A stretch of DNA of 63,375 nucleotides, the filler included, from Pelomyxa schiedti (taxonomy: Eukaryota; Protista; Evosea): assembly GCA_020536535.1 (NCBI GenBank). It is 8 parts of 8 records of this genome, joined end to end, with 100 filler letters (N's around TTAATTAATTAA, not from the genome) between each part and the next. Parts side by side here need not be neighbours in the genome. Positions count along the whole stretch, not along the records: positions 37,110 to 57,734 come from JAHLWZ010001086.1; positions 57,835 to 61,600 come from JAHLWZ010001687.1; 6 more parts are not named here. One strand, 5' to 3'. This document shows positions 45,682-57,865 of this stretch, one piece after another. Below the pieces are notes generated by a model. It made no database searches. It worked only from the letters and a program-made list of their open reading frames with translations, and was not told the DNA's origin. A program made the position numbers and the translations under genes. The stretch's first letter is position 1. Each line of letters starts with the position of its first letter.

Positions 45682-47700
45682 TTACCATCCTTGGTAATTG
45701 GGGTATTGCTGTTGCTGTTGCTGTCCATAGTAGTTCATTTGGGGGTATTGCTGTTGTGGCATGGAATATTGAGGCATCATTCCTGGTTGCATTCCAGACT
45801 GCATCCCCGGCTGCATTCCAGGCTGTTGTTGTTGTGCCATAGTGGGGTCCATTCCTGTCTGGGGCATCATTCCTGGTTGCATTCCAGGTTGCATCCCCGG
45901 CTGCATCCCAGGCTGCATCCCAGGCTGCATCATGCCAGGTTGGCTTGCGCCTGGCTGTTGCATCATTCCGGGCTGTTGCATCATACCCGATTGCATCCCT
46001 GTTTGTTGCATCATTCCGGGCTGCATCCCTGTTTGTTGCATCATCCCTGGCTGCTGTTGCATCATTCCGGGTTGCTGCATCATACCCGGCTGCTGTTGCA
46101 TCATACCCGATTGCATGCCTGGCTGCATCATTCCTGACTGCATCCCCGGCTGCATTCCCCACTGAAAACTTGTAACGATAAAAGCTAAAAGAAAGCAGGA
46201 ATACCTGAGATTGTCCTGTGCCGTATGGGTTCCAGTTTTGTTGCTGCTGCTGTTGCTGTTGTCCGTACCCTTGATTTGGGTCTCCACCTTTGTTCTTTTT
46301 GCCTTTCTTGTCCTTCTTACCCGTTTTGTCTTTACCACTGCCAGTGCCAGTGCCTGACGTACCCTTTGTTCCACTAAATGTTATACGTGCAGTGTCAGAT
46401 CCAGAGCGACTGAAACGAACTTAGTGCTCTCGTTAAAGGCAAGGGGGTAGACACACTTATGAACCAAAATTTGTGCCAAATCGGGATAAACGAGAACGAG
46501 TCGGTTATAAATATTGCTGGAATACCGGACTGTTGATGTTGGAGAAGCTGGGTTTGGGGTTGCAGCACTGATATCATATAAACGCAAAGAGGTGCTATCA
46601 GCTACTACGGCAATGTTACCCCACATTCCCAAAGCACATGAATCTAGTTCCTGAACACAAATGTGAGATATTAAAACAAAGTCGAAGCACGAATTATCCC
46701 ACTATGTGTCACCTTCCAAGCGTGTATTCTCTGCTGAAGTTTTCTTGAATCCCAAATCGCCACATGCCCTCCTTCACTTGAACTTCCGAACAAGTATCCT
46801 TTCAATAGTCAGTGATTGCAAATGGATCTCTCAAGATACCAGGGTTGGTTGGCCAGCACATGGGAAACTTGAAAGAAGAATCGGCTTCTTGTGAAACGCC
46901 AGCAATGGCAGTAACCAGCTTTTGAAGTCTTGTGTCAAGCACCCAGAACTGGAAATTCGTGTGGATACGAGGAATTGTAAGTGAAACGGAAATTAACCTT
47001 GCCAGCCATGTGAACAATCGCCGTATCATCAGTGGGATTGAGTTCAATTTCGACTGTTGTTGAATTAGTTGTAACGCTCGTTATGGATGACAAAATACGT
47101 GGGTTAGAGTCAGGTGTCCAAACTGTGAGTGGCCTCCCTGAGCTTATATCTTGCAGGAGAACTTTGCCCTCGTTTTGGCATCGGAAACCAGAGAGCATCA
47201 AATTTTTGGTTTGCATCACTTTTAGACATGACACAATAGACCCTGGTAGGAAAAAGAGTTGTTGTAAGTAAAGTCAAAGGGTGGAGTAAAGAGGGCTCTG
47301 ACTGTCTTGGACTGTGTATATTTCGCCCCATGCCCCGGCTTTGAAAGAGAAAATTCCAGAATAGTCATTTCGACCTGAGAGAATTACAAAAACGAACGAA
47401 GTTGATGATGCACTAACCTATTCCACAAAGTGTTGTTCCATTGGGACTGATATCAAACGTTGTGAATTCTCCTTGAATGTGCATTGGCTAAAAAGATATC
47501 ACAAAAGTCAGATAGCGAAAAATCAATGTACCTTGTGGTGTGACTGGTAAGGGGAATCGGTTGTAGAAAGAGAGTCAGCTTTATACAGGTGTAGAGCTTG
47601 TCTGTCCATTATTGCCAACTGAAAAAAAAAACCGTCAAAGTGTGAATGCTAATTATAATAGCCTCACATTGTAGTTTGGATCAGAGGTGGTTGTAGAGGG
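45682..47700 (-). CDS. Beta-propeller-like unit with C-terminal (QPGM)n low-complexity tail, multi-exon; 5' end unresolved
   Basis: FTTFDISPNGTTLCG and SLRLYDISAATPNPASP...LVLVYPDL exons; last exon GMQPGMQSGMMQ...YPNYQGW*. Confidence 0.55.
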
Positions 47701-47916
47701 GCACCACCATTTGACTATTTCAGTCCCAGATCGCAAGACACCCGTTGACCTTTTTGTTTTATTAGAGCTGTTATTGTTTCAGTAGCCGGAACTCACGCAG
47801 AGGGGCTGGAAATTTTCGATGTCTAAATAGCGTGAGTGAATTGTTTCAGTTAAAGAGAGCATACAAAGTTTGTGGTGGGGGGTGCTGAGGTACCACCATA
47901 AGTCATCTGTAGAGAT

Positions 47917-50139
47917 TTAGAAAGAATTTTCTAGTCTAGAGGGTGATACACGAGGATCGGGATTGTAGCCACTACCCCACTGCTGTCCCATCATTCCTGG
48001 CTGCTGGGATCCCATCATCCCTGGTTGCTGTTGGTACCCCATCATACCGGGTTGCTGGGAAGCCATTCCAGTTTGTTGAGAAGCCATCCCGGGTTGCTGG
48101 GAAGCCATTCCTGGTTGTTGTGGGTACCCCATGCCTGGCTGTTGTTGATAGCCCATCATCCCTGGCGGCTGACTAGCCCCATATGGAGTGGTAGATGGTG
48201 TCATTCCCAGTGCAGGAGTTGGTTTACGGGGAATGAAATCAGTCACTCGGTACGTCTCCCCACTTCCAGTGCTGTATTTTGGGTTGGGGAGGCAAAAGGA
48301 AGAACTTGGGGCAACCTAGCAAGCAAGCGAGTGAGATCGGGGTAAATTAGAACAGCAGATGAAGCGCCTCTCCCACGGAAATCGAAGGATTTAAGAGGAC
48401 TAGCTGGATTTGGTGCCCCACTTGACAAATCATACAGTTTCAGCTGGTACCCAAGGGTTGTGAAAAGATTTGCTTGGAAGGCAGCACAAACAGACTGTCC
48501 CTCCTTTTTGACGGGAAGAAAGCCAGAAATTAGTGCTAAGATTTTGGTCTTTTGAACATGCCTTCCATTCCATCGTTTTTCGGGAACTCTGTCTGGTGTC
48601 CCACACAGCAACGCAACCCTCATTCCCAGAGGAGCAAGACCATAGGTGCCCTTTTGAGTTGTAAGAAAAATTAAAAAAGGAAGCATGTTACCAGGGGAAG
48701 ACGGGAAGCAGATACTATGACAGTCATATCGTCCCTCATTTGCAAAAGTACGGAAAGTTTTTGGGGAGGAATTGGATCTCAAGTCATACTGAACAACCTG
48801 AAGAATTCAATAAGTTCAAGGAAGCCAGGGTACTGTGCTTTGCCTTGCCAACTAAGTGCACAAACAGCCCTTCCCGGGTCTCAGGATCCACAACCATATC
48901 ATCTTGACACAGTAAACAAAGAAAATAAGGTTATTACATACAAGGCTCCTCATCTGGGAGACTGAATCTAGTTATAAGTTTGCCAGTTGTACAATCAGCA
49001 ACTTCAATTAGGGTTGTTTCACCCCTCCAAAGTATTGCCAATTGATTGGTTTTTTTCAAATGCCTCATGCGTATAGCGGTTGTTCTCTCTCCTTTTTTGT
49101 TTGCTTCAGTAAAGGAAAAGGGGTTTTAGTATGAAGTTGTGTTTTCACACCTTGTCCTTCAGTGATCTTCTTCCAGGATGGGGTCAGGACCGGTGTAACA
49201 TACAAGCCTTGATTAGCTGTCATAGCATACACACAGGATTCAGCATCATCCAAAGCAAATGAGGTTATATTGTTGCCATACCCAACACTGGGCTGGTAAG
49301 TGCAAGTTAGATGGAGGTGGAGTAGCTCAAAACAGCACACATTCGTAATCCTAAGGAGGGGGTTGTCTCTGTGGGCAATGTGGTCAGGGTCATAGGCATA
49401 AATTCCATCCGAGGCAGCACAGACAAGTTTAAAGGGAAATGATGGAGTCACTGGGTACGCCCAATCCACAAATGGGCAAAGCCTCAAAGTGCCCTCATGG
49501 TCACTGTATGCAACATTAACACCAAAGAAAGGCCAATTACACAACACCAACAAATAATAAGTAGTACTAGTAGCGACGCAACTAACCAATGGCCACACCA
49601 GGCCACCCCAGCGCACGCACACGCACACGCACACGCACACGCACACACCTCCTCGCTTTCCATATCTGGGATGCCATCAAGTCAGGGTCCACCCCCGATC
49701 CCGGCACCGTCTTACCCGCCGTCACCGGCGCGTTGGGCGGCGGCGTCGTGGCCATAGGAGGCGGCTGCGTCGCTGCCGACGTCGCGCTGCCGTGTGGTGT
49801 TGGTGTTGGTGTTGTTGTTGGTGGTGGTGGCTGTGTGCCTGGTGGAAGTGTTGGCGTCGATGTGGATGTTGGTGGGTGTGTGGGCGTTGGTGTGGGCTGG
49901 TTGGGACCAGGTGGTGGCGGCTGTTGGCCTGGGTACATCATTGGCTGCTGTTGTCCTGGTTGCCCTGGGTACATCATCGATTGTTGTCCCGGGTACATCA
50001 TTTGCTGTGGCTGTCCTGGGTACTGCTGTTGTTGCGGTTGGCCTCCTTGGCTGTAGTTCATCATCATGGACTGTTGTTGGCCGGGATACATCATTGAAGT
50101 CTGTTGCGCTCCTTGTTGCTGTTGTGTGTTGGGATACAT
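47917..50139 (-). CDS. Paralogous beta-propeller-like unit flanked by YPGQ/QPGM low-complexity regions, multi-exon
   Basis: Start MYPNTQQQQG...(YPGQ)n; ITSFALDDAESCVYA; QLKLYDLSSGAPNPASP...AVLIYPDL (paralogous to the 46381-46632 exon); QQPGM repeats at 47917-48200. Confidence 0.6.
49613..49648. repeat. (GCACAC)n microsatellite, probably intronic
   Basis: About 5 units of gcacac. Confidence 0.85.
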
Positions 50140-50280
50140 CTTTCGTTAACTTGGCGTTTGTGCTGCCAACACCTCGTTTGTTTTTTTTTTTTGTTTGTTT
50201 GTTGAAAGGTTTGTAAAAAAGTTTCGGTTTCGGCGTGCAGATCTGTGTCTTCTGGGTGTGGAATTGGTTGTTTTTAGGGC

Positions 50281-52129
50281 TCAGAGGGACTGGATGAATG
50301 TTTTGATCATGTCGTAGGCGGACTCGGCCACGACGAGGGTCATGTGTTCGTCAGAAAACCAGTGCAGAACATTTTCTTCGGTGGCTTTTTCCTGTGCCGT
50401 GATTGAGTTGTGGGATGTGGAGGAAAGTGGGGTGTGTTTGGTTTGGACAGTTGCTTTTTGGGTTAGATAATGCGGGTAATGTGATACCTTGGTGCGGAAA
50501 TAGTTACCGTCTTGATGGAACACAACTTGTACAGACGCTTGTAAGGTAACTCTGTTTCTGTCGGCTTCCCATAGCCGGATTTGGTCTGCTACGGTCTCAG
50601 GGACCCACGGTGTTCTGTGAGAATTAGCCGTATTCTGCTGCAATGCAACAACATCTTACTGTTTCCTGGCCTCGGGGTGTGCATTTTGATGTAAGAATGT
50701 GATAATCTATGCGAAGATAAGTCACATAGACTCAGCAACTTACATGCTAACCTGATTTGCAGTAATCCCACGAACTAGTGCACGATGAATTGACTTCGAT
50801 GTTATCAAAGCAATAATAACATTTGGCAACCTGCACATTACTTGGGAAAATAGCTTGAGCAATGCTGTGAAAAAGTAAGGCTCCCATCAAGAAAGAGGTG
50901 TTCATTACCTAGATGTAGTCTTGAATTTGTGTATGCGTAAATTCTGTAGCTTGTCTCCACAACAACAAACCCCTTCTCCTGAGTTGCGGTTGTAGGTTCA
51001 TCCGAGGTGGAGCATAAGGATATGGCAATACGTGTGGGATAGTAAACTTGAGAGTGGTCCCCTGGCTATTGTCATAGGCACTTAAAAATAAATTGCTCCC
51101 TCCATTACTTACAATATAAACAAGACCAAGCTCCCTTAGTTGATATAGAATACTGTTCTGTGCATCAGTCAGAGAAGCTGAAGAATATCCCTATGTGGGT
51201 GATAAGGGTATGTGGAATCAAAGGAAGTAGAGTACTTTGCCGAATTTCTGAAACCCCAATTTGAATAGAAAGCATAGTGCCTCCACACTCTGAAATTAAT
51301 TAGTCTACCGTCTTGTTCTAAACGTACATTGTAGCTTCTTATCAAAGCCAAGAGGAGTGTCCATATTTGTGTATGGGAGTCTTGCAGTAAAAATTGAAAA
51401 CCAGCGTTTGTTATTGCCATTTGAGGTCTGGAAACTATTGAGCAGTGCCAAAACAAATAGGAAATAGCACTTTTGTACAAGTCCAGCCTGGGCAAGCAGT
51501 TCACCCATAACCGGGGAGTATACAACAGGTTCACCTGGGACCATTGAAAGGACCAGCCTGTCCCACCTAAGAGACAGAGCTTGATCAAGTTCCTCTGGAA
51601 GAGGTGCCTCATTTTCATCCTCAGGTACTTCCTCATCCGCCCACTTTGGGTTCAATCTTTTTCGTCACCCTTAAGAAGACAAGAACTGAACGAGGGAATG
51701 AAAACCTTACCCTGACAACATAAATTCTCGCATCTGTGTTTGAAACTGTATATTTGTATAGTACATCTTGCCTCTAAAGGAACCAAAAAGCACCATTAGC
51801 TGTGAAAGTCTCCAATAGAAATAGAAAAGGGGTGAAACGAACCCAGTAGAGTCCCTCGCCACAAGTATTTTCTTTCCCACAAGTGCGGCCACGGCCGCAT
51901 CGTGCGCCGACGACGTCGACGAGATGGCCCACTTGAGCATCGAAGAGGCCGGGATGCAAAACCCCGGCACGAACGTCACCCTCGAAGCGTACTGCCTCGC
52001 CAACGGCGGCAGGCTTCGCAGAACAGCCAAACAACCCCACGGCGATCTCTGATACAAAGCAGACACCTCCTCAGTCGTCATCGTACTCAGGAAGTCGAAC
52101 ACGCTCGCCGTCCCCGAACCCCCGCTCAT
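50281..52129 (-). CDS. TFB2: TFIIH subunit Tfb2/p52, multi-exon
   Basis: FLSTM...LYQRSPWGCLAVLRSLPPLARQY, ITNAGFQFLLQDSHTQIWTLL, VETSYRIYAYT, VPETVADQIRLWEADRNRV, LVVAESAYDMIKTF. Confidence 0.94.
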
Positions 52130-52476
52130 CTCCCTTGTTTGTTGGATCGGAAAGGAAATTATTCCCGGAACCTACAGTCTTGATGATTAGTCTTTGGCAA
52201 GTCCCATAATGAGAAAGCAGGACCCGAGCGGTGGTGTGTGCTCGGGAGAGCAGAGAACAAGAATAGCTCACGAACCTTGGGCCAATCTAATGGTGGGTGG
52301 CTCAATCTTGTGTGTTGCTGAGAACAGTCTGCGGTCTCACATGGCATTTGTAACACAATGCATCTGCCACCGGAAACTTCTGACAACACTTTTTGGTTTT
52401 TGTTTTTCCCCAGTTTTGGTTGTTGCTATTTTGTGGGGTTTTCTCCTCTCTGTTTGAGGTGTGCATACTGGGATCA

Positions 52477-53685
52477 CTAAAGGTTCTTTTCTCTGGACTG
52501 TGGTTCTCTGGAAGAATCTCGGGTGCCATTTGGCCTCATTCTCCACTTGAGGTAGGCATCCCCTTGGACTCCAACAGCAGTGGATGAGTCCTGTCTCCTG
52601 TCAAACTGTGCACTTGGAAACACAAGCCCAAAGGAGAGCCGGAACAGAACCGCTGATTGCGATGATGACGACGCAGACGGTGAAGGTGGGGGCGAGGACC
52701 CGCGGCTGGATGACAGAGCCGGCGATTGCGATGATGATGACAGGGATGGTGATGGTGAGGGGGAAGATGGAGACTGAGAAGGGGAGGATGTAGACCTAGG
52801 CCTCTCGGCTTGGTCCAGGGCGTGGACTGTGATGGGATGAAGGGAGTCCTCGACGACATCACGGGACCGGAATGCCAGTGCTGGGAAGCCGAAGCTGAGG
52901 CAGGCACGGCACAGCAGTGAAGGGTGTGGAGGTGGTATAGTCGGTGCATCGGGAAAGTTCACTGAGGAGGAGGAGGAGGAAGGAGGAGGATTTGCGGAGG
53001 TATTAGCTGCGGTATCATTTTGGTGGTGCTGCTCTTGCTCTTGCTCTTGTTCATGCTGTTGTTCTTGAGTTTGAGATTCGGACGAAAGTGACAGGGACGG
53101 TGGTGACGACGACGAGAGTGACGAGGGTGGAGACGCGGCCGGGTTGTGCTGCGAAGGTGATGGTGGCACCGACGGCGAAGTTGATTGAGAGCCGGAGCTC
53201 GACGCCGGCGGCAGTGATGGCGACACTGAAGGTGACGGCGACGGCGAGTGCGACGACCGGACGTAGTTCGGCGTGCCGGGCCTGCTGGCGCCGCTTTGGT
53301 GGGACGCCGAAGAACTGCAAGCCGGACTACTCGTGGCCAGCGCGGCAGCCAGTGCTTCCACGTGCAGTTCAATGTACAGAGTGAAGTTCGGGCCCCTCTT
53401 TGGGGCGTAGGTCACAGAAACCAGCAGGGTGCGTGGGTCGTGGTCCGGCGAAAACGGCTCGGGGGCACAGGTGAAGACATAGTCCAGGTCGTCCTGGCAT
53501 TTCAGCCAGCAGCCGTGGTGCACGTCGGCCTCGACACCCGCAGTCGCGTCCACAAGGATTTCTTCAGACGTGGCAGGAATGGAGGACATACTTGTGGGAG
53601 AGCCTGAGGAGGAGGTGGTGGTGCTGTTGCTCGTGGGTGTGAAGGAAGAAACCCGAAGAGCGTTGTGCCCGATGTTGCCTCCCAT
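52477..53685 (-). CDS. Hypothetical S/P-rich protein (may splice further 3')
   Basis: 402-aa ORF with GC-rich codons; two similar globular blocks separated by S/P-rich linkers; no domain recognised. Confidence 0.6.
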   Translation of the reverse strand: MGGNIGHNALRVSSFTPTSNSTTTSSSGSPTSMSSIPATSEEILVDATAGVEADVHHGCWLKCQDDLDYVFTCAPEPFSPDHDPRTLLVSVTYAPKRGPNFTLYIELHVEALAAALATSSPACSSSASHQSGASRPGTPNYVRSSHSPSPSPSVSPSLPPASSSGSQSTSPSVPPSPSQHNPAASPPSSLSSSSPPSLSLSSESQTQEQQHEQEQEQEQHHQNDTAANTSANPPPSSSSSSVNFPDAPTIPPPHPSLLCRACLSFGFPALAFRSRDVVEDSLHPITVHALDQAERPRSTSSPSQSPSSPSPSPSLSSSSQSPALSSSRGSSPPPSPSASSSSQSAVLFRLSFGLVFPSAQFDRRQDSSTAVGVQGDAYLKWRMRPNGTRDSSREPQSREKNL

Positions 53686-53956
53686 TTCGTGTAATTGATA
53701 ATTAATTGTTTTTGTGTACGCGACGGAAGAGACCCCGTTCTTTATCCCAAAAGACCCGTATTCAAAACACCATCTGGAGCAAAAAATGGTGCGGGTGCCT
53801 GGAATCGGACCAGGGTTTTCAGAGCCACAATCTGAAGTTCTACCTCTAAACTACACCCGCTTTATGACAAAGAACTCCAACCAAACATGCTGGAAAAGAA
53901 ATCCCGTTTCTCAGAGTGAAATATGGTCAAAAAGCTCGAGAGTGTTCCCTGCGGTT

Positions 53957-54027
53957 GGCTCTGTTGTTTAGTGGCAGAATACTTGTTTCGGGTACAAGTG
54001 ACCCCGGTTCGATTCCGGGCAGAGCCC
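53957..54027 (+). tRNA. tRNA-Pro (anticodon CGG)
   Basis: Acceptor GGCTCTG/CAGAGCC; anticodon stem CTTGT/ACAAG with loop TT-CGG-GT; T-arm CCCGG-TTCGATT-CCGGG; D-loop AGTGG. Confidence 0.93.
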
Positions 54028-54090
54028 TACTTTTCTTCTGTTTGTTGGCCTTCTCGGGCCGCCCGCCTTCCTTTTTGTGTATTGCTTGTG

Positions 54091-55461
54091 TTATGTCTTA
54101 AGGTCCAAAATTAGAAGGCCTTCTTTAGTTTCGTGGTGTGCAGAAAGCGAGCCTCTCATCAATACAAAGTAGAATCCAAGAGCAATAAGACCAAACAAAG
54201 TTCTCCCAATGGAAGCTGCTGTGAATAATATGACATAACTCAACCCTTCAAATACCAGCAAGGATGACAGAAGGGCACCAATTGCGGTAGCAATGCTCTG
54301 CATGCCCCAGAACAGGCTTGACTTCACTTGCCTATTTTTACTTTCAGTTGAGTCCAACAAAGTTGTAACAGATAAGATTTCCAAGCCGGCAGAGGAAAAA
54401 CCGTTGAATGCTTGTGCAATGAAGAGGGTAATCCTTCCAATGCATGTAGCCCAAGAGAAGACAGCTACAGCGCTAACAAGCTGAGCGACAATGAAGGAGA
54501 ACTGCTGGCCCCATTTATCTCCTAGCTTCCCCCAGATTGGTAGCCCTATAAGTCTGAACGTAGTTGCTACTACAAGTGAAATAGCCCAGGTGGAGGCAGC
54601 TACTGAGGTGTAATAGGATCCAGAGGCATCCGAGGAACCCGGCGAAGTAACTGACGTGAAATGTACAACATAAAACGGTGAGCACGTTCCAGCAATAATA
54701 TTGGTTACAGTTAAAGTAGTTATAATAACCAGGAAAAGCGCGCTTCTTTTGGTGGACTTGTCAAGAAGCTGTGCTGTTTCTTCTTCTTCTTCTTCTTCTT
54801 TGAAAGAGCTCCCCTCAGTACGCACTTGTGGTGGCCGTAGCGGGGCGAAGAATATGCACATAGCCACTTTGGCAAATCCAGCACAAGTGAATAGTATAGT
54901 ATAGGCAGAGGCACCCCACTCTCTTATAAGAACGCTGCATAACGTTGCGCACGCGATGCTAGCCGCGCCGCGAAGCATCGAAGATACGGCAAAGTGCGTC
55001 CCGCGAACCTCGGAAGGCACAATCTCGCCGATCCATGAGAACCACGACACGGCGGACACCGCGGCGAAGGTCACGCTCAAGGTAGACAGTATCACCATCT
55101 CCAGGACGTCCGGCAGCCACGTGACGCCGTGGGGCTCCCACGCCACGTAGGCCATGCCAAAGTAGACGAGGGAGTGCAGGGCCGACGACGCGACGGCGGA
55201 GCTCTTGACGGGTATGCGGAGCCGCGAGGCCACGAGGGAGGTGACGAGGCAGACGGCGGCGCCGGCGAGGGAAGGGGACCACACCAGGGCCGCGAGGTAC
55301 CAGTCGCTGGCGCCGCGCGAGACGGCGAACAGGACGAAGATGGCGTCGCCGAGGGCGAACGGGAGGGCGGCGATGATGGCCTCCAGGTGGAACAGTCTCA
55401 TGTACCACTCCCGCTCCTTGTCGGTCATCAGCCCCGTCCCCTTGGCTTCCTCGTTCCTCAT
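54091..55461 (-). CDS. Major facilitator superfamily transporter (intronless)
   Basis: 456 aa, about 12 hydrophobic helices in two halves with an acidic linker; SWIGEIVPSEVRGTHFA and IWGKLGDKWG MFS loop motifs. Confidence 0.88.
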   Translation of the reverse strand: MRNEEAKGTGLMTDKEREWYMRLFHLEAIIAALPFALGDAIFVLFAVSRGASDWYLAALVWSPSLAGAAVCLVTSLVASRLRIPVKSSAVASSALHSLVYFGMAYVAWEPHGVTWLPDVLEMVILSTLSVTFAAVSAVSWFSWIGEIVPSEVRGTHFAVSSMLRGAASIACATLCSVLIREWGASAYTILFTCAGFAKVAMCIFFAPLRPPQVRTEGSSFKEEEEEEETAQLLDKSTKRSALFLVIITTLTVTNIIAGTCSPFYVVHFTSVTSPGSSDASGSYYTSVAASTWAISLVVATTFRLIGLPIWGKLGDKWGQQFSFIVAQLVSAVAVFSWATCIGRITLFIAQAFNGFSSAGLEILSVTTLLDSTESKNRQVKSSLFWGMQSIATAIGALLSSLLVFEGLSYVILFTAASIGRTLFGLIALGFYFVLMRGSLSAHHETKEGLLILDLKT

Positions 55462-55870
55462 GTGTCAGGTGACTTCGCCCTTGGAGGTTGTGCCACGCCT
55501 GTTGCTTTGAGCACCGATCCCGTTTGCGTTTTTTCCGGTTAGCTCTGATTGTAGGTCTCCTCGTACTCAGGGGGCACCCGCGAACGGGTCTCAGAATAGG
55601 TGATCTAGCACTCCAGGGAAAGAGGTGTTCTGACAGCAGAAGGTGAAGCTGATTCTGCTCCAAAGTTCGTTCCCATGGAACTTTTTGAACTAGTCTCCCG
55701 AGTTGTACTGAAATCGATACTACAGCTTCGAAGAGAAGGCTCCTAGGCTTGCCATGGACCAAGCAGACAACGAGGAAAGCAACGCGGCCACTGGTTACGC
55801 TCATCCCCAGGAGAATCATCCCAAACTGGATATGATTTCTATACTCTAACAGAAACACAATGACAATAAA

Positions 55871-57555
55871 ATGGGGCAGATGTGGGGTGGTGGTGCGGTG
55901 ACGTTGTTTGTCGTGTTTTTGCTTGGATCTTGCTGCGGCAGTCAACAACACTCTGACTTTGCGTATGCCTCGGTCTTGTATGGAAACACAAACAGAGATC
56001 TCGAGTACTTCGTGGCTGCCAGAGTCATGGTTGGTTTTTGCAAATTGTGTGCGGCAACAAAATGACCCCCATTCATTACGAAGTTCGAATCTGTGAAGCA
56101 AAGCGGATCACTCTACGATCGCGTGGCGTTGATTGCCGACGGAGTGCCTGAGAGCGTCACAAATCTGTTGCGAAATGACGGCGTCAGAGTTGTTCCAGTG
56201 GGTCACATCAAAAACCCGTATATTGCACAACAGTTCTACTCTGTGAGTCTTGTTTTCGTCACAACCTTTGATGCTGATGTGTGGACAAACAAATCAGGGG
56301 AGGTTTCACGGGACACTGAACAAACTGCATGCATGGAATATGACAGAATATGCCAGGGTCGTTCTCTTGGACGCTGATGTTATCATTCTACAGAATTCAG
56401 ATGAGCTGATGAACTGCGGTGCTTTCTGCGCGGCTTTCATTAATCCATGCATTTTTCACACTGGAGTTCTTGTATTGACCCCCAATGGTGCTGTATTTGA
56501 TGACATGATCAATAAGTTGAGAGATTTGCCAAGTTATGATGGTGGAGATCAGGGGTTCTTCAACTCGTGTGTATTGCATTCATTTCCCTTCGTAACTCAA
56601 AGTCTTATGCAAGATACTTCCCGGAAGTTCTTGGTGCACAATTGTTTTTGGGAAAAATGAAGAATCCGGAGTCAACATGCATGAGGCTACCTTTTGGATA
56701 TTCAATGGACCACTTCTACTACTATCAGAGATTCCGGTGGGAAGTTCCTTGCAGTGATAAGAAGGTAAATTTAATTTGGGAGGAAAAACTGACCACAGAA
56801 AGGTTATGACTTTTCCCAGTCAGCCTCTGCTGAAGCCGTGGTATTGGTACAGTTGGCCCCTGATGGATCTCACGCAGCAGTGGTATGGATACTACACGCT
56901 TGTTTATCCGGACTCCCAAATTTGGCGACTTGTGTTCCTGCCCCCGTTGTTTGGTCTCCTTTTCATGGTTTTCCGTAGTACAACCCTTATTCGCGAGCAC
57001 TAACTTTTTCCCCAGGCATCACTCAAAGTTCTCAAGAGATGGCCGAGCACACCTACAATACGGAAAACACTGCTGTGGATATCCTCCCTGGCTTGGCCGC
57101 TGACCTTCATCGCGGCAGCCAAGCTCGTTCCTCTTGTTATTCAACCTCCAATTGGCTGGGCCCTATTCTTCATTTACGGGATTCTACAAGTCACTTGGCT
57201 CGGGCACGCAATACCATCGCTCTACTCACCAGCTCAACCTTCAACGCAGTGGCTTTCCGCTTCATTGCTGTGGTGTGAGTCACCTCGATGCTACGGACCT
57301 TTTGCTGGAAAAGGAGGCAGTTCTTTGTTCTGCATGGGAGTTCTGGCCATTCCCTGGATATGGGTATTCACCCTCGTAGCTGTTCTGAGCCTGCCCCACT
57401 GGGTGTTTGCCGGGATTGGACCAGTCAAGTGGATTGTATGCACTTGCGGAATATGCCTCTGGGTTCTTGTGGTGCCCGTCATAGTCTACTACCTCATCGC
57501 GACAACGTTCCTCCTTCCACGACGCACGTTGTCCTCCACAAACAACCACAGGTGA
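55871..57555 (+). CDS. GT8 glycosyltransferase most similar to plant PGSIP7/8, with signal peptide and C-terminal TM helices, multi-exon
   Basis: AYASVLY...RDLEYFVAARV, TLNKLHAW, VVLLDAD (DxD), CGAFCAAFINPCIFHTG, YDGGDQGFFNSYF, RLPFGYSMD, RWEVPC, TFPSQPLLKPWYWYSWP. Confidence 0.88.
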
Positions 57556-57865
57556 TAGATAGCTTTCCAACGTAACTGAACAGAAGACAAATAAATTGTT
57601 GTTGCGTCCATTATGTTGATGATGATGATATTGTTCCTTGAGGTGTGTGAGTGACTCCATTGCCTGGCTGTGTGTTCTCTTCTGTTTGTCAATAGCATAT
57701 ACCTTGAGGTGGGTAAGCGGGGCAAATAGTGAAANNNNNNNNNNNNNNNNNNNNNNNNNNNNNNNNNNNNNNNNNNNNTTAATTAATTAANNNNNNNNNN
57801 NNNNNNNNNNNNNNNNNNNNNNNNNNNNNNNNNNTTGAGAGGAAGCAGGTGCTGCTGATTGTTTG

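Noticed and set aside
11860-56101. Many long overlapping or antisense ORFs (11860-12504, 12834-13754, 13805-14749, 25016-25909, 45616-46137, 54959-56101)
   Set aside because: Shadow frames of GC-rich or low-complexity real genes, with no independent motifs.
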